This document shows, piece after piece, positions 54,647 through 63,669 of a stretch of DNA of 64,000 bases (positions within the stretch are counted from its first letter, which is position 1; each line of letters begins with the position of its first letter). The notes below the pieces were generated by a model. The model ran no database searches, was not told the origin of the DNA, and worked only from the letters and a program-made list of their open reading frames with translations. Where the stretch lies: contig JAFTKK010000018.1 of NCBI GenBank assembly GCA_017453325.1, positions 38-64,037 on the forward strand, in the 5' to 3' direction. This DNA is from Clostridia bacterium. GTDB taxonomy: Bacteria > Bacillota > Clostridia > Oscillospirales > CAG-272. The position numbers were made by a program, and so were the translations under genes.

Positions 54647-55455
54647 TTTACTTCACCTCTCAGTTTTGCGATTACTCCGTCGATCTTCTCATCGGGGACG
54701 AAGCGGTAGTGCGATTCTACGGTGTTTTCCAGATAGTCGATGCCCTTGGCCTTTACGGTGTGTGCGATCACGAAGGAGGGCTTGCCCTTTTCAAAGGGTA
54801 CGGCGGAAAGGGTCTCATAGAGATCCTCTACGCTGTGGCCGTCCACCTCACGCACGGCCCAACCGAAGTTTTCCATGCGGTCAGCGAGGGGCGAAAGATC
54901 CTCAATGTCCTTGGCAAAGCCGAGAGCCTGGATCTTGTTGTAGTCGAGAATGAGGATGAGATTGTCAAGATGCTCTTGTGCGGCGAACATGATGGCCTCC
55001 CAGGTGGAGCCCTCGTTCATGTCACCGTCGCTGGTGAGGCAGAAGACGCGGCGGTCGGACTTGGCGTAGCGTGCGGCAATTGCCATGCCGACGGCTACGG
55101 GCAGGCCGTGGCCAAGGGAGCCGGTAGAGAACTCTACGCCGGGCACCTTGTGGCTGATGTGACCCATCAGCTTACCGTCGTCGCAGTAATAGCGGGAGAG
55201 CCACTCCTCGGGGATAAAGCCCTTTTGTGCGAGCGCCGAGTAAACGCCTGCTGCGGCGTGACCCTTGCTGAGGATAAAGCGGTCGCGATCGGGAGCCTTG
55301 GGGTTTTTGGGGTCAACGTTCAAGATCTTTTCGTAGAGCACGGCAATGATCTCAGCCATCGAGAGCATGCTGCCTACGTGGCCGCTGTGTGCGGCGTTCG
55401 TCATTTTTACGCTGTCCACGCGGATCTGCGTGGCAATCTGCTTGCATTTTTCCAT
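54643..55455 (-). CDS. Transketolase, N-terminal (TPP-binding) subunit
   Basis: SGHVGSMLSMAEI, SKGHAA, GSLGHGLPVAVG, GDMNEGS. Confidence 0.9.
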   Translation of the reverse strand: MEKCKQIATQIRVDSVKMTNAAHSGHVGSMLSMAEIIAVLYEKILNVDPKNPKAPDRDRFILSKGHAAAGVYSALAQKGFIPEEWLSRYYCDDGKLMGHISHKVPGVEFSTGSLGHGLPVAVGMAIAARYAKSDRRVFCLTSDGDMNEGSTWEAIMFAAQEHLDNLILILDYNKIQALGFAKDIEDLSPLADRMENFGWAVREVDGHSVEDLYETLSAVPFEKGKPSFVIAHTVKAKGIDYLENTVESHYRFVPDEKIDGVIAKLRGEVK

Positions 55456-55525
55456 GACAGTTTCTCCTATTTTTTAAAAATTGGCGGTGCCCGATGCCTA
55501 AAGGCATACATCGGGCTACATTTTC

Positions 55526-55554
55526 ATTCTACCCGCCATGGCGGAAAGTATCAA
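55526..55554 (-). promoter_or_regulatory. Sigma-A-type promoter TTGATA-17-TAGAAT (minus strand) for the tkt operon
   Basis: Reverse complement of 55549-55554 and 55526-55531. A GCCCGATG...CATCGGGC hairpin lies in the leader. Confidence 0.5.
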
Positions 55555-55607
55555 GATGAAAAACATCGTAAAAACTTTAAAATCGTTCATTTTTTTGTGT
55601 GCATGGA

Positions 55608-55636
55608 TTGCATTTGCCAAAAGCGTGTGCTATACT
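55608..55636 (+). promoter_or_regulatory. Sigma-A-type promoter TTGCAT-17-TATACT ending 6 nt before ATG 55643
   Basis: Hexamers 55608-55613 and 55631-55636. Confidence 0.4.
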
Positions 55637-55642
55637 GAGGGC

Positions 55643-56554
55643 ATGAAATACATGCCGTTTAAGCTACCGTCGGTTTTTGTGGTGGAGAAACTGGTTACGG
55701 TGCATTATTTTGAGCTGTCAAAGCATTTTTACTATCCACCCGAGACACACGATTTCTGGGAGCTGCATTACGTGGATAAGGGCTCGGCGATCAGCATTTC
55801 CGATAAGGAGAGGATCGTGCTGACGCAGGGCGATATCCTCTTTCACCCGCCCATGGTGGAGCATCAGATCATCACGGATGGGGAAAGCGTTCCGAACGTA
55901 TGCGTGGTCTCGTTTTATGCCCGTCCCAAGGACATCCCCTTCCTCAAAAATCGCAAGCTGCACCTCAGCGCCGAGGAGCGCGGCGTGATGAAGAAGTTTC
56001 TCACCGAGGCGGGGCATTTGTTTGACCTTTCCAAGAGCGACCCTGCAGCGCAGGGGATGCGCTTGCGCGCGCAGCCGCCGCTTGGTGCCGCGCAGCTTGC
56101 CAAAAACCATTTGGAGGAGCTGCTGCTGCTTCTCGGGCGCGATCACGCAGCACCGCGCCTCAAGCCCACGCACAGTATCCTGTCCGATACCTATGCCGAT
56201 CCGCTTGTGCGTGATATGGTCGCTTATATGCAGGAAAATATCACCAAAAATCTCACCATTGCCGATTTTTGCAAGCAGTTTTCCTATGGAAAAACCCACC
56301 TCTGCACCAAATTCTTGGCCGAAACGGGCAAGCCCATCAACGCGTATTTTACCGAGCTGAAGATCACCGCCGCCAAGCGCATTATCCGCGAGCAAAGCAC
56401 CTCGCGCGAGCTGTTTGCGCGCATTTCCGATCTCCTTGGCTTTAGCAGTCCTTCTTATTTTTATTACACCTTTAAAAAAGTGACGGGCATGACCCCCTCG
56501 CAGTATTACAAGAGTGTACACCAGTACGATTTTACCAAGGATGAAGCGAAATAA
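55643..56554 (+). CDS. AraC-family transcriptional regulator
   Basis: Start at MKYMPFKLPS. Cupin-like N-terminus (DFWELHYVDKG...GDILFHPP) and HTH C-terminus (GFSSPSYFYYTFKKVTGMTPSQY). Confidence 0.85.
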   Translation: MKYMPFKLPSVFVVEKLVTVHYFELSKHFYYPPETHDFWELHYVDKGSAISISDKERIVLTQGDILFHPPMVEHQIITDGESVPNVCVVSFYARPKDIPFLKNRKLHLSAEERGVMKKFLTEAGHLFDLSKSDPAAQGMRLRAQPPLGAAQLAKNHLEELLLLLGRDHAAPRLKPTHSILSDTYADPLVRDMVAYMQENITKNLTIADFCKQFSYGKTHLCTKFLAETGKPINAYFTELKITAAKRIIREQSTSRELFARISDLLGFSSPSYFYYTFKKVTGMTPSQYYKSVHQYDFTKDEAK

Positions 56555-56555
56555 C

Positions 56556-56587
56556 AAAAGGAACCGCCGTGCACGGCGGTTCCTTTT
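56556..56587. terminator. Bidirectional terminator AAAAGGAACCGCCGT-GC-ACGGCGGTTCCTTTT
   Basis: Between convergent genes. Confidence 0.85.
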
Positions 56588-56600
56588 GTTATTTACGGAG

Positions 56601-58550
56601 TTAAACTCCGATCTCCTCGTAAATTTCGAGCAGCCTTTCCTCGGCCTCGGTCTTACGGGCGTCGAGTGCGGCGGCACGTGTGTAGTCGCTGGCGGCATCG
56701 CCGAACAGCTCCTCGTCAATGGCGGCAAGCTCTTTTTCAAGCGCGTCTGCCTCCTTTTTGAGGCGATCGAGCTTTGCTTTGGCGCGTCGCTCCTCGGCAG
56801 CGCTTTGCTTGCGCGCGAGGTAATCCGCCTTGCCCGCACTCATGGCGGGCGGTGCTGCGGTGTCACCGATGCAGGTAGCCCGCGCCGCCCTTGCGGCTTT
56901 GAATTCCAAAAATTCGCTATATCCGTGACCGTGACGCGTGATCTTGTAGTCAAGCAGGTCGCCGTCGCCCGTTTCGGGCTTCAGAGCCACTACGCGCGTG
57001 GCCAGCTTATCCATGAAATAGCGGTCGTGCGAAACGGCAAGAATGGTGCCGTCAAAGGCGTTAAGTGCCGTTTCCAGCGCTTCGCGCGAGTCGATGTCAA
57101 GGTGGTTGGTGGGCTCGTCAAGCACCAGCAGGTTCATGTGTGAGAGAATGAGCTTGGCAAGCGTGAGGCGCGCGCGCTCACCGCCCGAAAGCACGCCAAC
57201 GGTGCGAAAAACGTCCTCTCCCACAAAGCGGAAGAGCGCGAGCGTGTTGCGAATTTCGGTTTCGGTGAGATTGGGGTAAGCGTTCCAGAGCTCGTCAAGC
57301 ACGGTGTTTTCGGGGGTGAGGTTTTGGTTTTCCTGGTCGTAATAGCCAACCTCCACGTTATAGCCCGCCTCCACGCGTCCTGCGGTTGGCTGCTGCTTGC
57401 CGAGAATGATCTTCAAAAGCGTTGATTTTCCGCACCCGTTGGGGCCTGTAATGAACATGCGTTCATTTTTCAGCAGCAAAAAGCCAATGTCAGAAAAGAG
57501 CTTTTTCTCGCCAAACGCCATGGAAAGGCCGCGGACAGACAGTACCTCGTTGCCGCTTTCCCGCGCTTCGCGGAAGGTCATGCGAATGGCCTTGGGCGCT
57601 TCCTTCGGCTTTTCAAGCTTTTCCATCTTCGCCAGCATCTTCAGGCGCGATTCGGCGGCAATAATGTTACGCTCGCGATTCCAAGCGCGCTGCTGCGCGA
57701 TATAGGCCTCCTGCCGTGCGATCTCCTTTTGCTGATTTTTGTAATGCTTTTCCGCAATTTCGCGGTCAATGCGGCGCTGCTCGGCCGAGGCGGTGTAGCC
57801 GCCGTTGTAGAGCGTGGCGCGGGCATATTCGAGCACCAGCGTTTTGTTTGTCACGCGGTCAAGAAAATAACGGTCGTGCGAGATGACCAGTACGCATTTT
57901 TTGTATTGGGAGAGAAAGCTCTCGAGCCAATAAAGCGTGTCGATATCAAGGTGGTTGGTGGGCTCGTCGAGCAGGAGAATATCGGGCTCTCGTGCGAGCT
58001 GACGGGCGAGCGCCAAGCGTGTGCGCTGGCCGCCCGAGAGCGTGGAAAGGGGGCGGCGCATGGCATCCTCGTCAAAGCCCATGCGCGTGAGAACCGAGGC
58101 GGCGCGGCCGCGAAATTCGAGGCCGCCGTCTGCGATAAATTTGGCGTGGGCCTCGGTGAAGGCGTCGGTCAGCGCCGTGTAGGCGGCGGTGCCCGCCTCG
58201 CTCTCGCGCACGCGCAGGTCAAACTCCATTTCGGCCAGCTTTTCCTCGGCGCGGAGCAGCTCGGGGAAGGCGGCGATCATTTGAGAGAGCGCGTTGTCGC
58301 CTGCCGTTTCGTCGATCTCAAAGGCGTCATCCTGCTTTAAAATGCCGATGGATTTGCCGCCGCCGATAAAGACGTTGCCCTCGTCGGCTTCCAGCTCACC
58401 CGTGATGATCTTGAAGAGTGTGGATTTGCCGCAGCCGTTCACACCGATCACGCCGAGCTTATCGTTTTCGGCCAAGGAAAAGCTGACGCGGTCAAGAATT
58501 TTACGCACGCCAAAAGAAAGCGTGATATCCGAAAGACCCACAACCGTCAT
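56601..58550 (-). CDS. ABC-F family ATPase (two ABC domains, no TM, C-terminal coiled coil; Uup/EttA-like)
   Basis: Start at MTVVGLSDITL (RBS AAAGGAG). GVNGCGKST and GPNGCGKST Walker A motifs, two LSGG signatures. Confidence 0.9.
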   Translation of the reverse strand: MTVVGLSDITLSFGVRKILDRVSFSLAENDKLGVIGVNGCGKSTLFKIITGELEADEGNVFIGGGKSIGILKQDDAFEIDETAGDNALSQMIAAFPELLRAEEKLAEMEFDLRVRESEAGTAAYTALTDAFTEAHAKFIADGGLEFRGRAASVLTRMGFDEDAMRRPLSTLSGGQRTRLALARQLAREPDILLLDEPTNHLDIDTLYWLESFLSQYKKCVLVISHDRYFLDRVTNKTLVLEYARATLYNGGYTASAEQRRIDREIAEKHYKNQQKEIARQEAYIAQQRAWNRERNIIAAESRLKMLAKMEKLEKPKEAPKAIRMTFREARESGNEVLSVRGLSMAFGEKKLFSDIGFLLLKNERMFITGPNGCGKSTLLKIILGKQQPTAGRVEAGYNVEVGYYDQENQNLTPENTVLDELWNAYPNLTETEIRNTLALFRFVGEDVFRTVGVLSGGERARLTLAKLILSHMNLLVLDEPTNHLDIDSREALETALNAFDGTILAVSHDRYFMDKLATRVVALKPETGDGDLLDYKITRHGHGYSEFLEFKAARAARATCIGDTAAPPAMSAGKADYLARKQSAAEERRAKAKLDRLKKEADALEKELAAIDEELFGDAASDYTRAAALDARKTEAEERLLEIYEEIGV

Positions 58551-58626
58551 AAAGCTCTCCTTTCCCGTTGACGACAAATGCCGCACAACCTGATATACTG
58601 TAAATAGGTGCAAACACCAATAAAAT

Positions 58627-58655
58627 ATTATAAAAGATTGCCCCGTTTTTGTCAA
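58627..58655 (-). promoter_or_regulatory. Consensus sigma-A promoter TTGACA-17-TATAAT (minus strand) for the ABC-F gene
   Basis: Reverse complement of 58650-58655 and 58627-58632. Confidence 0.65.
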
Positions 58656-58678
58656 GGGGGCGGAAAGGAGAGGGAAAA

Positions 58679-58867
58679 GTGAGTGCGCATTGTTATCTTT
58701 GCGGCGCGGAGCCGACGTGCGGCGAGGTTTATTTTTCCTTTGAAGCGCGCTGCGTGTGCGCTGACTGCGCTGATGGCATCACGGCAGAGGATCTGATGCA
58801 CGTGACGGGGGCGCGCAGCATCAGGGGGATGCTGACACAGATCGGGTTTGTGCGCGAGAGCCGATAA
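58679..58867 (+). CDS. Small Cys-rich hypothetical protein (62 aa, GTG start)
   Basis: RBS AAGGAGAGG 6 nt upstream. High third-position GC. CYLCG...C...CVCADC pattern suggests a zinc ribbon. Confidence 0.4.
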   Translation: MSAHCYLCGAEPTCGEVYFSFEARCVCADCADGITAEDLMHVTGARSIRGMLTQIGFVRESR

Positions 58868-58943
58868 CGGTGGGTCTGCTGTATTCGCGCGAGCCCCATC
58901 CTTATACAATATAAAATAAACGCAAAAAAATTTGAAAAAGCAC

Positions 58944-58972
58944 TTGACAAGTAAGAGGGGTTATGGTATACT
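58944..58972 (+). promoter_or_regulatory. Near-consensus sigma-A promoter TTGACA-17-TATACT
   Basis: Hexamers 58944-58949 and 58967-58972. Confidence 0.65.
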
Positions 58973-59003
58973 CTGTAAAGTATTTTGCTTTACAGGTGAA
59001 GAG

Positions 59004-59339
59004 ATGTTTGAAAAAAATCTGCAATTGGCAGAGCTGATCGATGTGTATGCCGAGCTGCTGAGCGAACGCCAGCAACGCGTGCTTGACCTTTATTACAATC
59101 AGGATCTCTCACTCGGCGAGATTGCAGAGGACGTCGGCATCTCCCGCCAGGGTGTGCGTGACAGCATCAAAAAGGCTGAGCGCGAGCTCTTCTTTTTTGA
59201 AAGCAAGCTGCACTTAGTGGCGCGCGAAAACGCCGTGCGCGAGGCGGGTGACAAGCTGTTGGCTCTCCTGCCCGGCAAGACCGAAATGCTGGCGGCGGCC
59301 GAGCAGCTGATCGCTGCGGCAAACGGCTACTCACAATAA
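59004..59339 (+). CDS. ylxM: YlxM/p13-family (UPF0122) HTH protein preceding ffh
   Basis: LIDVYAELLSERQQRVLDLYYNQDLSLGEIAEDVGISRQGVRDSIKKAE. Confidence 0.85.
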   Translation: MFEKNLQLAELIDVYAELLSERQQRVLDLYYNQDLSLGEIAEDVGISRQGVRDSIKKAERELFFFESKLHLVARENAVREAGDKLLALLPGKTEMLAAAEQLIAAANGYSQ

Positions 59340-59362
59340 GGAAACGGAAAGGCGGCACTCAT

Positions 59363-60697
59363 ATGTTTCAAAGCTTAACCGAAAAACTGAATAACGCCTT
59401 TAAATTTTTTCGCAACAAGGGTAAGCTCACGGAGGCGGACGTCAAGGCGGGTATGCGCGAGATCAAGCTGGCGCTGCTCGAGGCTGACGTCAATTTCAAG
59501 GTCGTAAAGGACTTTATCAAAATGGTCTCCGAGCGTGCGGTGGGCGCCGAGGTGATGGAATCCCTCCTGCCCGCGCAGCAGATCGTGAAGATCGTCAATG
59601 AGGAGCTCATCAAGCTGATGGGCACCAGTCAGGCCAAGCTCACCATTTCCCCCAAGCCCCCCACAGTCGTGATGATGGTGGGTCTGCAGGGCGCAGGTAA
59701 GACCACGCACGCGGGCAAGCTGGCGGGTATGTATAAAAAGCAGGGCAAAAAGCCGCTGCTGGTTGCTTGTGACGTGTACCGTCCCGCAGCCATCAAGCAG
59801 CTTGAGATCCTCGGTGAAAAGCTGGATATTCCCGTGTATGCGCCGGGCGACAAGGAAAAGCCCGTGAAGATCGCCAAAGAGGCCTTGAAACTTGCCGAAA
59901 AGCAGGGCTATGACATGGTCTTTATCGATACGGCAGGCCGTTTGCACATTGACGAGGTGCTCATGGGCGAGTTGCAGGACATCAGAAAGGCCGTGGAGCC
60001 CACCGAGATCCTGCTCACCATCGATGCCATGATCGGTCAGGACGCCGTGACGGTTGCCGAGCATTTCAATGAGCAGCTTGACGTGACGGGCGTGATCCTC
60101 ACCAAGCTTGACGGTGATACGCGTGGCGGTGCTGCGCTGTCGGTGCGTCACGTGACGGGCAAGCCCATCAAGTTTATCGGTGTGGGCGAGAAGCTCGATG
60201 CCATCGAGCCCTTCTATCCCGACCGCATGGCAAGCCGCATCCTCGGTATGGGTGACGTGCTTTCCCTCATTGAGAAGGCCGAGGAGGCCTTTGACCAAAA
60301 GCAGGCGGCTGAGCTTGAAAAGAAGATTCGCGCCGCAACTTTTACGCTTGACGATTATCTGGCGCAGTTCGCGCAGATTCGCAAGATGGGCAATATCGAA
60401 AGCCTGATGGGCATGATGCCCGGTATGAAGCCGGGAGCGCTCAAGGATGCTAAGATTGACGAAAAGCAATTGGCGCGCACCGAGGCGATCATTCAGTCCA
60501 TGACGAAAAAGGAGCGCGAAAAGCCCGAGATCATCAACGCCTCCCGCAAGATCCGCATTGCCAAGGGCAGCGGCACGACGGTAGAGGACGTCAACAAGCT
60601 CTTAAAGCAATTTGATGCCGTACGCAAGATGATGAAGCAGCTGACCTCCCCCGGAGGCAAGCGCGGCATGCTTGGCAAGATGAAACTTCCGTTCTGA
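59363..60697 (+). CDS. ffh: Signal recognition particle protein Ffh
   Basis: MVGLQGAGKTT, DTAGR, TKLDGD, Met-rich M domain. 444 aa. Confidence 0.95.
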   Translation: MFQSLTEKLNNAFKFFRNKGKLTEADVKAGMREIKLALLEADVNFKVVKDFIKMVSERAVGAEVMESLLPAQQIVKIVNEELIKLMGTSQAKLTISPKPPTVVMMVGLQGAGKTTHAGKLAGMYKKQGKKPLLVACDVYRPAAIKQLEILGEKLDIPVYAPGDKEKPVKIAKEALKLAEKQGYDMVFIDTAGRLHIDEVLMGELQDIRKAVEPTEILLTIDAMIGQDAVTVAEHFNEQLDVTGVILTKLDGDTRGGAALSVRHVTGKPIKFIGVGEKLDAIEPFYPDRMASRILGMGDVLSLIEKAEEAFDQKQAAELEKKIRAATFTLDDYLAQFAQIRKMGNIESLMGMMPGMKPGALKDAKIDEKQLARTEAIIQSMTKKEREKPEIINASRKIRIAKGSGTTVEDVNKLLKQFDAVRKMMKQLTSPGGKRGMLGKMKLPF

Positions 60698-60747
60698 CGG
60701 ATTTTTTATAAAAAATTTATATACAAAAAACAAAGGAGATTTTTACC

Positions 60748-60984
60748 ATGGTTAAAATCAGACTCACCCGTACGGGCAAAACGCACAGCCCCTCTTACCG
60801 TATCGTTGTAGCAGATCAGCGCTCTCCCCGCGATGGCCGTTTCATCGAGGAGATCGGTCACTACAACCCCAAATCCAAGGAGCTGGCAGTTAACGCAGAG
60901 TCCGCTAAGAAGTGGCTCGGCAACGGCGCACAGCCTACCGAAACCGTAAAGGTTCTGCTCACCAAGGCCGGCGTGATCGGTTGA
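60748..60984 (+). CDS. rpsP: 30S ribosomal protein S16
   Basis: [41 protein letters not shown]. Confidence 0.95.
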   Translation: MVKIRLTRTGKTHSPSYRIVVADQRSPRDGRFIEEIGHYNPKSKELAVNAESAKKWLGNGAQPTETVKVLLTKAGVIG

Positions 60985-61000
60985 TCACACGGAGCCCGCT

Positions 61001-61240
61001 ATGATGAACCTCAAAGAAATTCTTGTCGATATTGCCGCCGCTATTGTGGATCATCCCGATGACGTGGTGGTAACCGAGCAGGAAGAGAACAACGAAGTTA
61101 CGCTGACTTTGAGCGTACATGCCGACGATATGGGCATGGTCATCGGCCGTCACGGCCGCATTGCCAAGGCCATTCGCTCCGTGATGAAAGCGGCAGCAGG
61201 CACCTGTGGCAAAAAAGTGAATGTCGATATCAAGGACTAA
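61001..61240 (+). CDS. khpA: KH-domain RNA-binding protein (YlqC/KhpA-like)
   Basis: LVDIAAAIVDHPDDVVV...MGMVIGRHGRIAKAIRSV (GxxG KH motif), in its conserved position after rpsP. Confidence 0.85.
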   Translation: MMNLKEILVDIAAAIVDHPDDVVVTEQEENNEVTLTLSVHADDMGMVIGRHGRIAKAIRSVMKAAAGTCGKKVNVDIKD

Positions 61241-61278
61241 AAAAGACCCGCGCCAACCAAGGTTGGCGCGGGCTTTTT
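61241..61278 (+). terminator. Terminator AAAAGACCCGCGCCAACC-AA-GGTTGGCGCGGGCTTTTT
   Basis: Read directly. Confidence 0.8.
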
Positions 61279-61313
61279 GTTGCGTTTGCATTTTTTACGA
61301 AGCCGCGGTCTTG

Positions 61314-61484
61314 CTATTTTGTTTCTCGTTTCACAAGCTTATATTTTGGATTTCTGACAAGTACGCCTTCTGCGGTAACGATTAGCTCTACATCTTTTTC
61401 CAGTTGGAACATTTCGCGCATTTCCTTTGGGATCACCAATCGCCCGAGGCTGTCAAGCTCTTTGCAGACACCTATTTTCTCCAT
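61314..61484 (-). CDS. AbrB/SpoVT-family DNA-binding protein (56 aa). Below the 60-aa cut-off of the supplied ORF track.
   Basis: My own translation: MEKIGVCKELDSLGRLVIPKEMREMFQLEKDVELIVTAEGVLVRNPKYKLVKRETK. LGRxVIPKExR is the AbrB-fold signature. RBS GAGGAGG. Confidence 0.7.
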   Translation of the reverse strand: MEKIGVCKELDSLGRLVIPKEMREMFQLEKDVELIVTAEGVLVRNPKYKLVKRETK

Positions 61485-61593
61485 AAAGCCTCCTCAAAAA
61501 AGATATTTTTACATAAATATGATAACACTCTGTTTGTATAAAGTCAAGAGAAAAGTTTGTATAATGTTATCAATATATGATCGAGGTGTTATC

Positions 61594-61785
61594 ATGGCTA
61601 CGAATAAAATACAGACCGGAATACGATTTGAGCCCGAGCTTCTCTACAAGATTACACAGGTAGCAAAGCAAAACAAGCGTTCTTTGAATGCGCAGCTTGA
61701 ATATCTTGCACAGGAATGCGTGAAGGCGTTTGAGGATGCGAACGGCGAGATCGCAATAGATGAAAATATGCTTTACAGCAAATGA
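61594..61785 (+). CDS. Arc/ribbon-helix-helix-family DNA-binding protein (63 aa)
   Basis: Start at MATNKIQTGIRFEPELLYKITQVAKQNKRSLNAQLEYLAQE (beta-alpha-alpha pattern). RBS GAGGTG. Confidence 0.6.
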   Translation: MATNKIQTGIRFEPELLYKITQVAKQNKRSLNAQLEYLAQECVKAFEDANGEIAIDENMLYSK

Positions 61786-61800
61786 GAATTTATATTTTTT

Positions 61801-61840
61801 GAAAACACGGGCGTGCCCAATTGGGCACGCCCGCGTTTTC
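61801..61840. terminator. Near-perfect 40-nt palindrome GAAAACACGGGCGTGCCCAATTGGGCACGCCCGCGTTTTC, a bidirectional terminator
   Basis: Between convergent genes. Confidence 0.8.
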
Positions 61841-61858
61841 AACAATCTGCTTTTCGTG

Positions 61859-62692
61859 TCACAGAGCGCTATGTAAGAGCGCTGCAATGTCATCCTCGAC
61901 AATGCCGTTTTCCGTCAGGCGCGAGACCTTGGTAAAGCCTGCAGACTGCGCAAGGTGCAGCGTCTTGGCAAATTCGAAGGCAAGCTTTTCGGCATGATGC
62001 GCGTCGGACGAGAGGATGATTTTGCCGCCGAGGCGATAAAGCTCACCCAGCAGGGTGGGCGTGGGGTAGGGCAGGGTCTTGAGTCCGCGGATAATCGCCC
62101 CCATGTTGATCTCAAACAGGGGTACGTGTTTCACGGCCTCTCGCAGCGCCTCGCGTGCGACGGCAAGATACATAGGGTCGGTCTCATCAATGAGGCCGTG
62201 CTTGGTCAAGAGATCAAAATGCCCCATAAAGGTGGGCTTGTTTTTTTCGGCGTGCAGGACCACCTGCTCGAAATAGGCCTTGGCAAAATCCAGCTTGTTG
62301 CCGCCGAACATACTGTCAATACCGCGCTGCTGCCAGGCGGCGCCGCTGTCAACGGGGAAGAAATCGCCGTTTTTCAGAATGTAGTGCACCGAGCCGATGG
62401 TATAGTCGTAGCGGTCGCGGTCGATCTCGGAGCCGTAGTCCCATTCAAGCCCCAAAAGCACGGAAAATCCATACCGTTCACGGGCTATTTTTTGTTCCTC
62501 ACGCACCGTTTGTTCATATTTTTCCATATGTGTGTCGGGGCGCAGGCAATAGCGTACGTCAAAAGGGGTGAAGCTGTGGTCGGAAATGCCGAGTGCCAGC
62601 AAGTTGTCCGCACGCGCGGCGTCGATCATCTCGCGTACTGTGCTTTTTCCGTCGGAAAAGGTGGTGTGTGTGTGAAAGTCTGCAAATGCCAT
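61859..62692 (-). CDS. HisJ-family PHP histidinol-phosphatase-like protein
   Basis: Start at MAFADFHTHTTFSDGK (RBS AGGAGG). GISDHS, SVHY, SSDAHH. Confidence 0.8.
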   Translation of the reverse strand: MAFADFHTHTTFSDGKSTVREMIDAARADNLLALGISDHSFTPFDVRYCLRPDTHMEKYEQTVREEQKIARERYGFSVLLGLEWDYGSEIDRDRYDYTIGSVHYILKNGDFFPVDSGAAWQQRGIDSMFGGNKLDFAKAYFEQVVLHAEKNKPTFMGHFDLLTKHGLIDETDPMYLAVAREALREAVKHVPLFEINMGAIIRGLKTLPYPTPTLLGELYRLGGKIILSSDAHHAEKLAFEFAKTLHLAQSAGFTKVSRLTENGIVEDDIAALLHSAL

Positions 62693-62783
62693 GGCGGCCT
62701 CCTGCAATCAAAGATGCTATCAGTATAGCACAAGTGCGCTTCAAATACAAGAGAATGGGGGATAAAATTATATATTTTATCTA

Positions 62784-62812
62784 TTGACAAACTTTAAAAT
62801 AAAGACTACAAT
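62784..62812 (+). promoter_or_regulatory. Sigma-A-type promoter TTGACA-17-TACAAT
   Basis: Hexamers 62784-62789 and 62807-62812. Confidence 0.6.
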
Positions 62813-62849
62813 AATATCGCAATCATCAGTATGCTACACGGAGGGTCTT

Positions 62850-63665
62850 ATGAAGTATTTGCAGAACATACATACGCATACCTATTACTGTGACGGTAAG
62901 GATGCGCCGGAGGATCTTGTCAAGGAAGCGATCCGCCTGGGGCTGAACGCCATCGGCTTTTCGGCACATTCCGCTTCCTACTACAGCGATTATCCTTTGC
63001 CCCCCAACGGTACCGAAAACTATATCAAGGAGGTCAACCGCTTAAAAGGCGTTTACGGCGACCAAATTGACATTTTCCTCGGCTTTGAGTACGATATGTA
63101 TTGCGGCATCGATACCTCTCCCTTTGACTACGTGCTCGGCGCCATGCACTATCTTTACATGAACGGCACCTTTATCCCGTTTGACCGTGATATAGCCAAT
63201 ATGGAGCTGCAGATCAACACCCATTTCGGCGGTGACGGTATGGCCTTTGCCAAGCGGTATTACAAAGAGCTTGCCGATATGCCCCGTCACATCAAGGCAG
63301 ACGCAGTAGCGCATTTTGATACCATTACCAAGCTTTGTGAGAAAAAACGCTTTTTTGATTATGAGTGTCGCGAGTATCTTGATGCGGCCTTTGAGGCGAT
63401 TCACGCGCTGGTAGAAAAGATCCCCGTCTTCGAGGTCAACACGGGGGCCATGTCGCGCGGCTATCGCACGGTGCCCTATCCCACGGCGCCTATCCTTCGT
63501 GAGATGCAGCGCGCGGGCGCACACCTGATCCTGACCTCGGATTGCCACGACCTGCGCACGCTGACCTACGCCTTCCCCGAAACGCTTGAGCTGATCCGTT
63601 CCTGCGGCTTTGGCGAGATCTATTATCTCACCAAATCGGGCTTCAAGGCCGTGCCTCTTTACTGA
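62850..63665 (+). CDS. HisJ-family PHP histidinol-phosphatase-like protein (paralog of 61859-62692)
   Basis: Start at MKYLQNIHTHTYYCDGK. GFSAHS, AMHY, TSDCHD. Confidence 0.8.
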   Translation: MKYLQNIHTHTYYCDGKDAPEDLVKEAIRLGLNAIGFSAHSASYYSDYPLPPNGTENYIKEVNRLKGVYGDQIDIFLGFEYDMYCGIDTSPFDYVLGAMHYLYMNGTFIPFDRDIANMELQINTHFGGDGMAFAKRYYKELADMPRHIKADAVAHFDTITKLCEKKRFFDYECREYLDAAFEAIHALVEKIPVFEVNTGAMSRGYRTVPYPTAPILREMQRAGAHLILTSDCHDLRTLTYAFPETLELIRSCGFGEIYYLTKSGFKAVPLY

Positions 63666-63669
63666 TACC

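Noticed and set aside
61314-61785. AbrB-like plus RHH-like pair as a type II toxin-antitoxin module
   Set aside because: Both products have antitoxin/repressor-type DNA-binding folds, they are divergently transcribed, and no toxin-sized ORF is adjacent.
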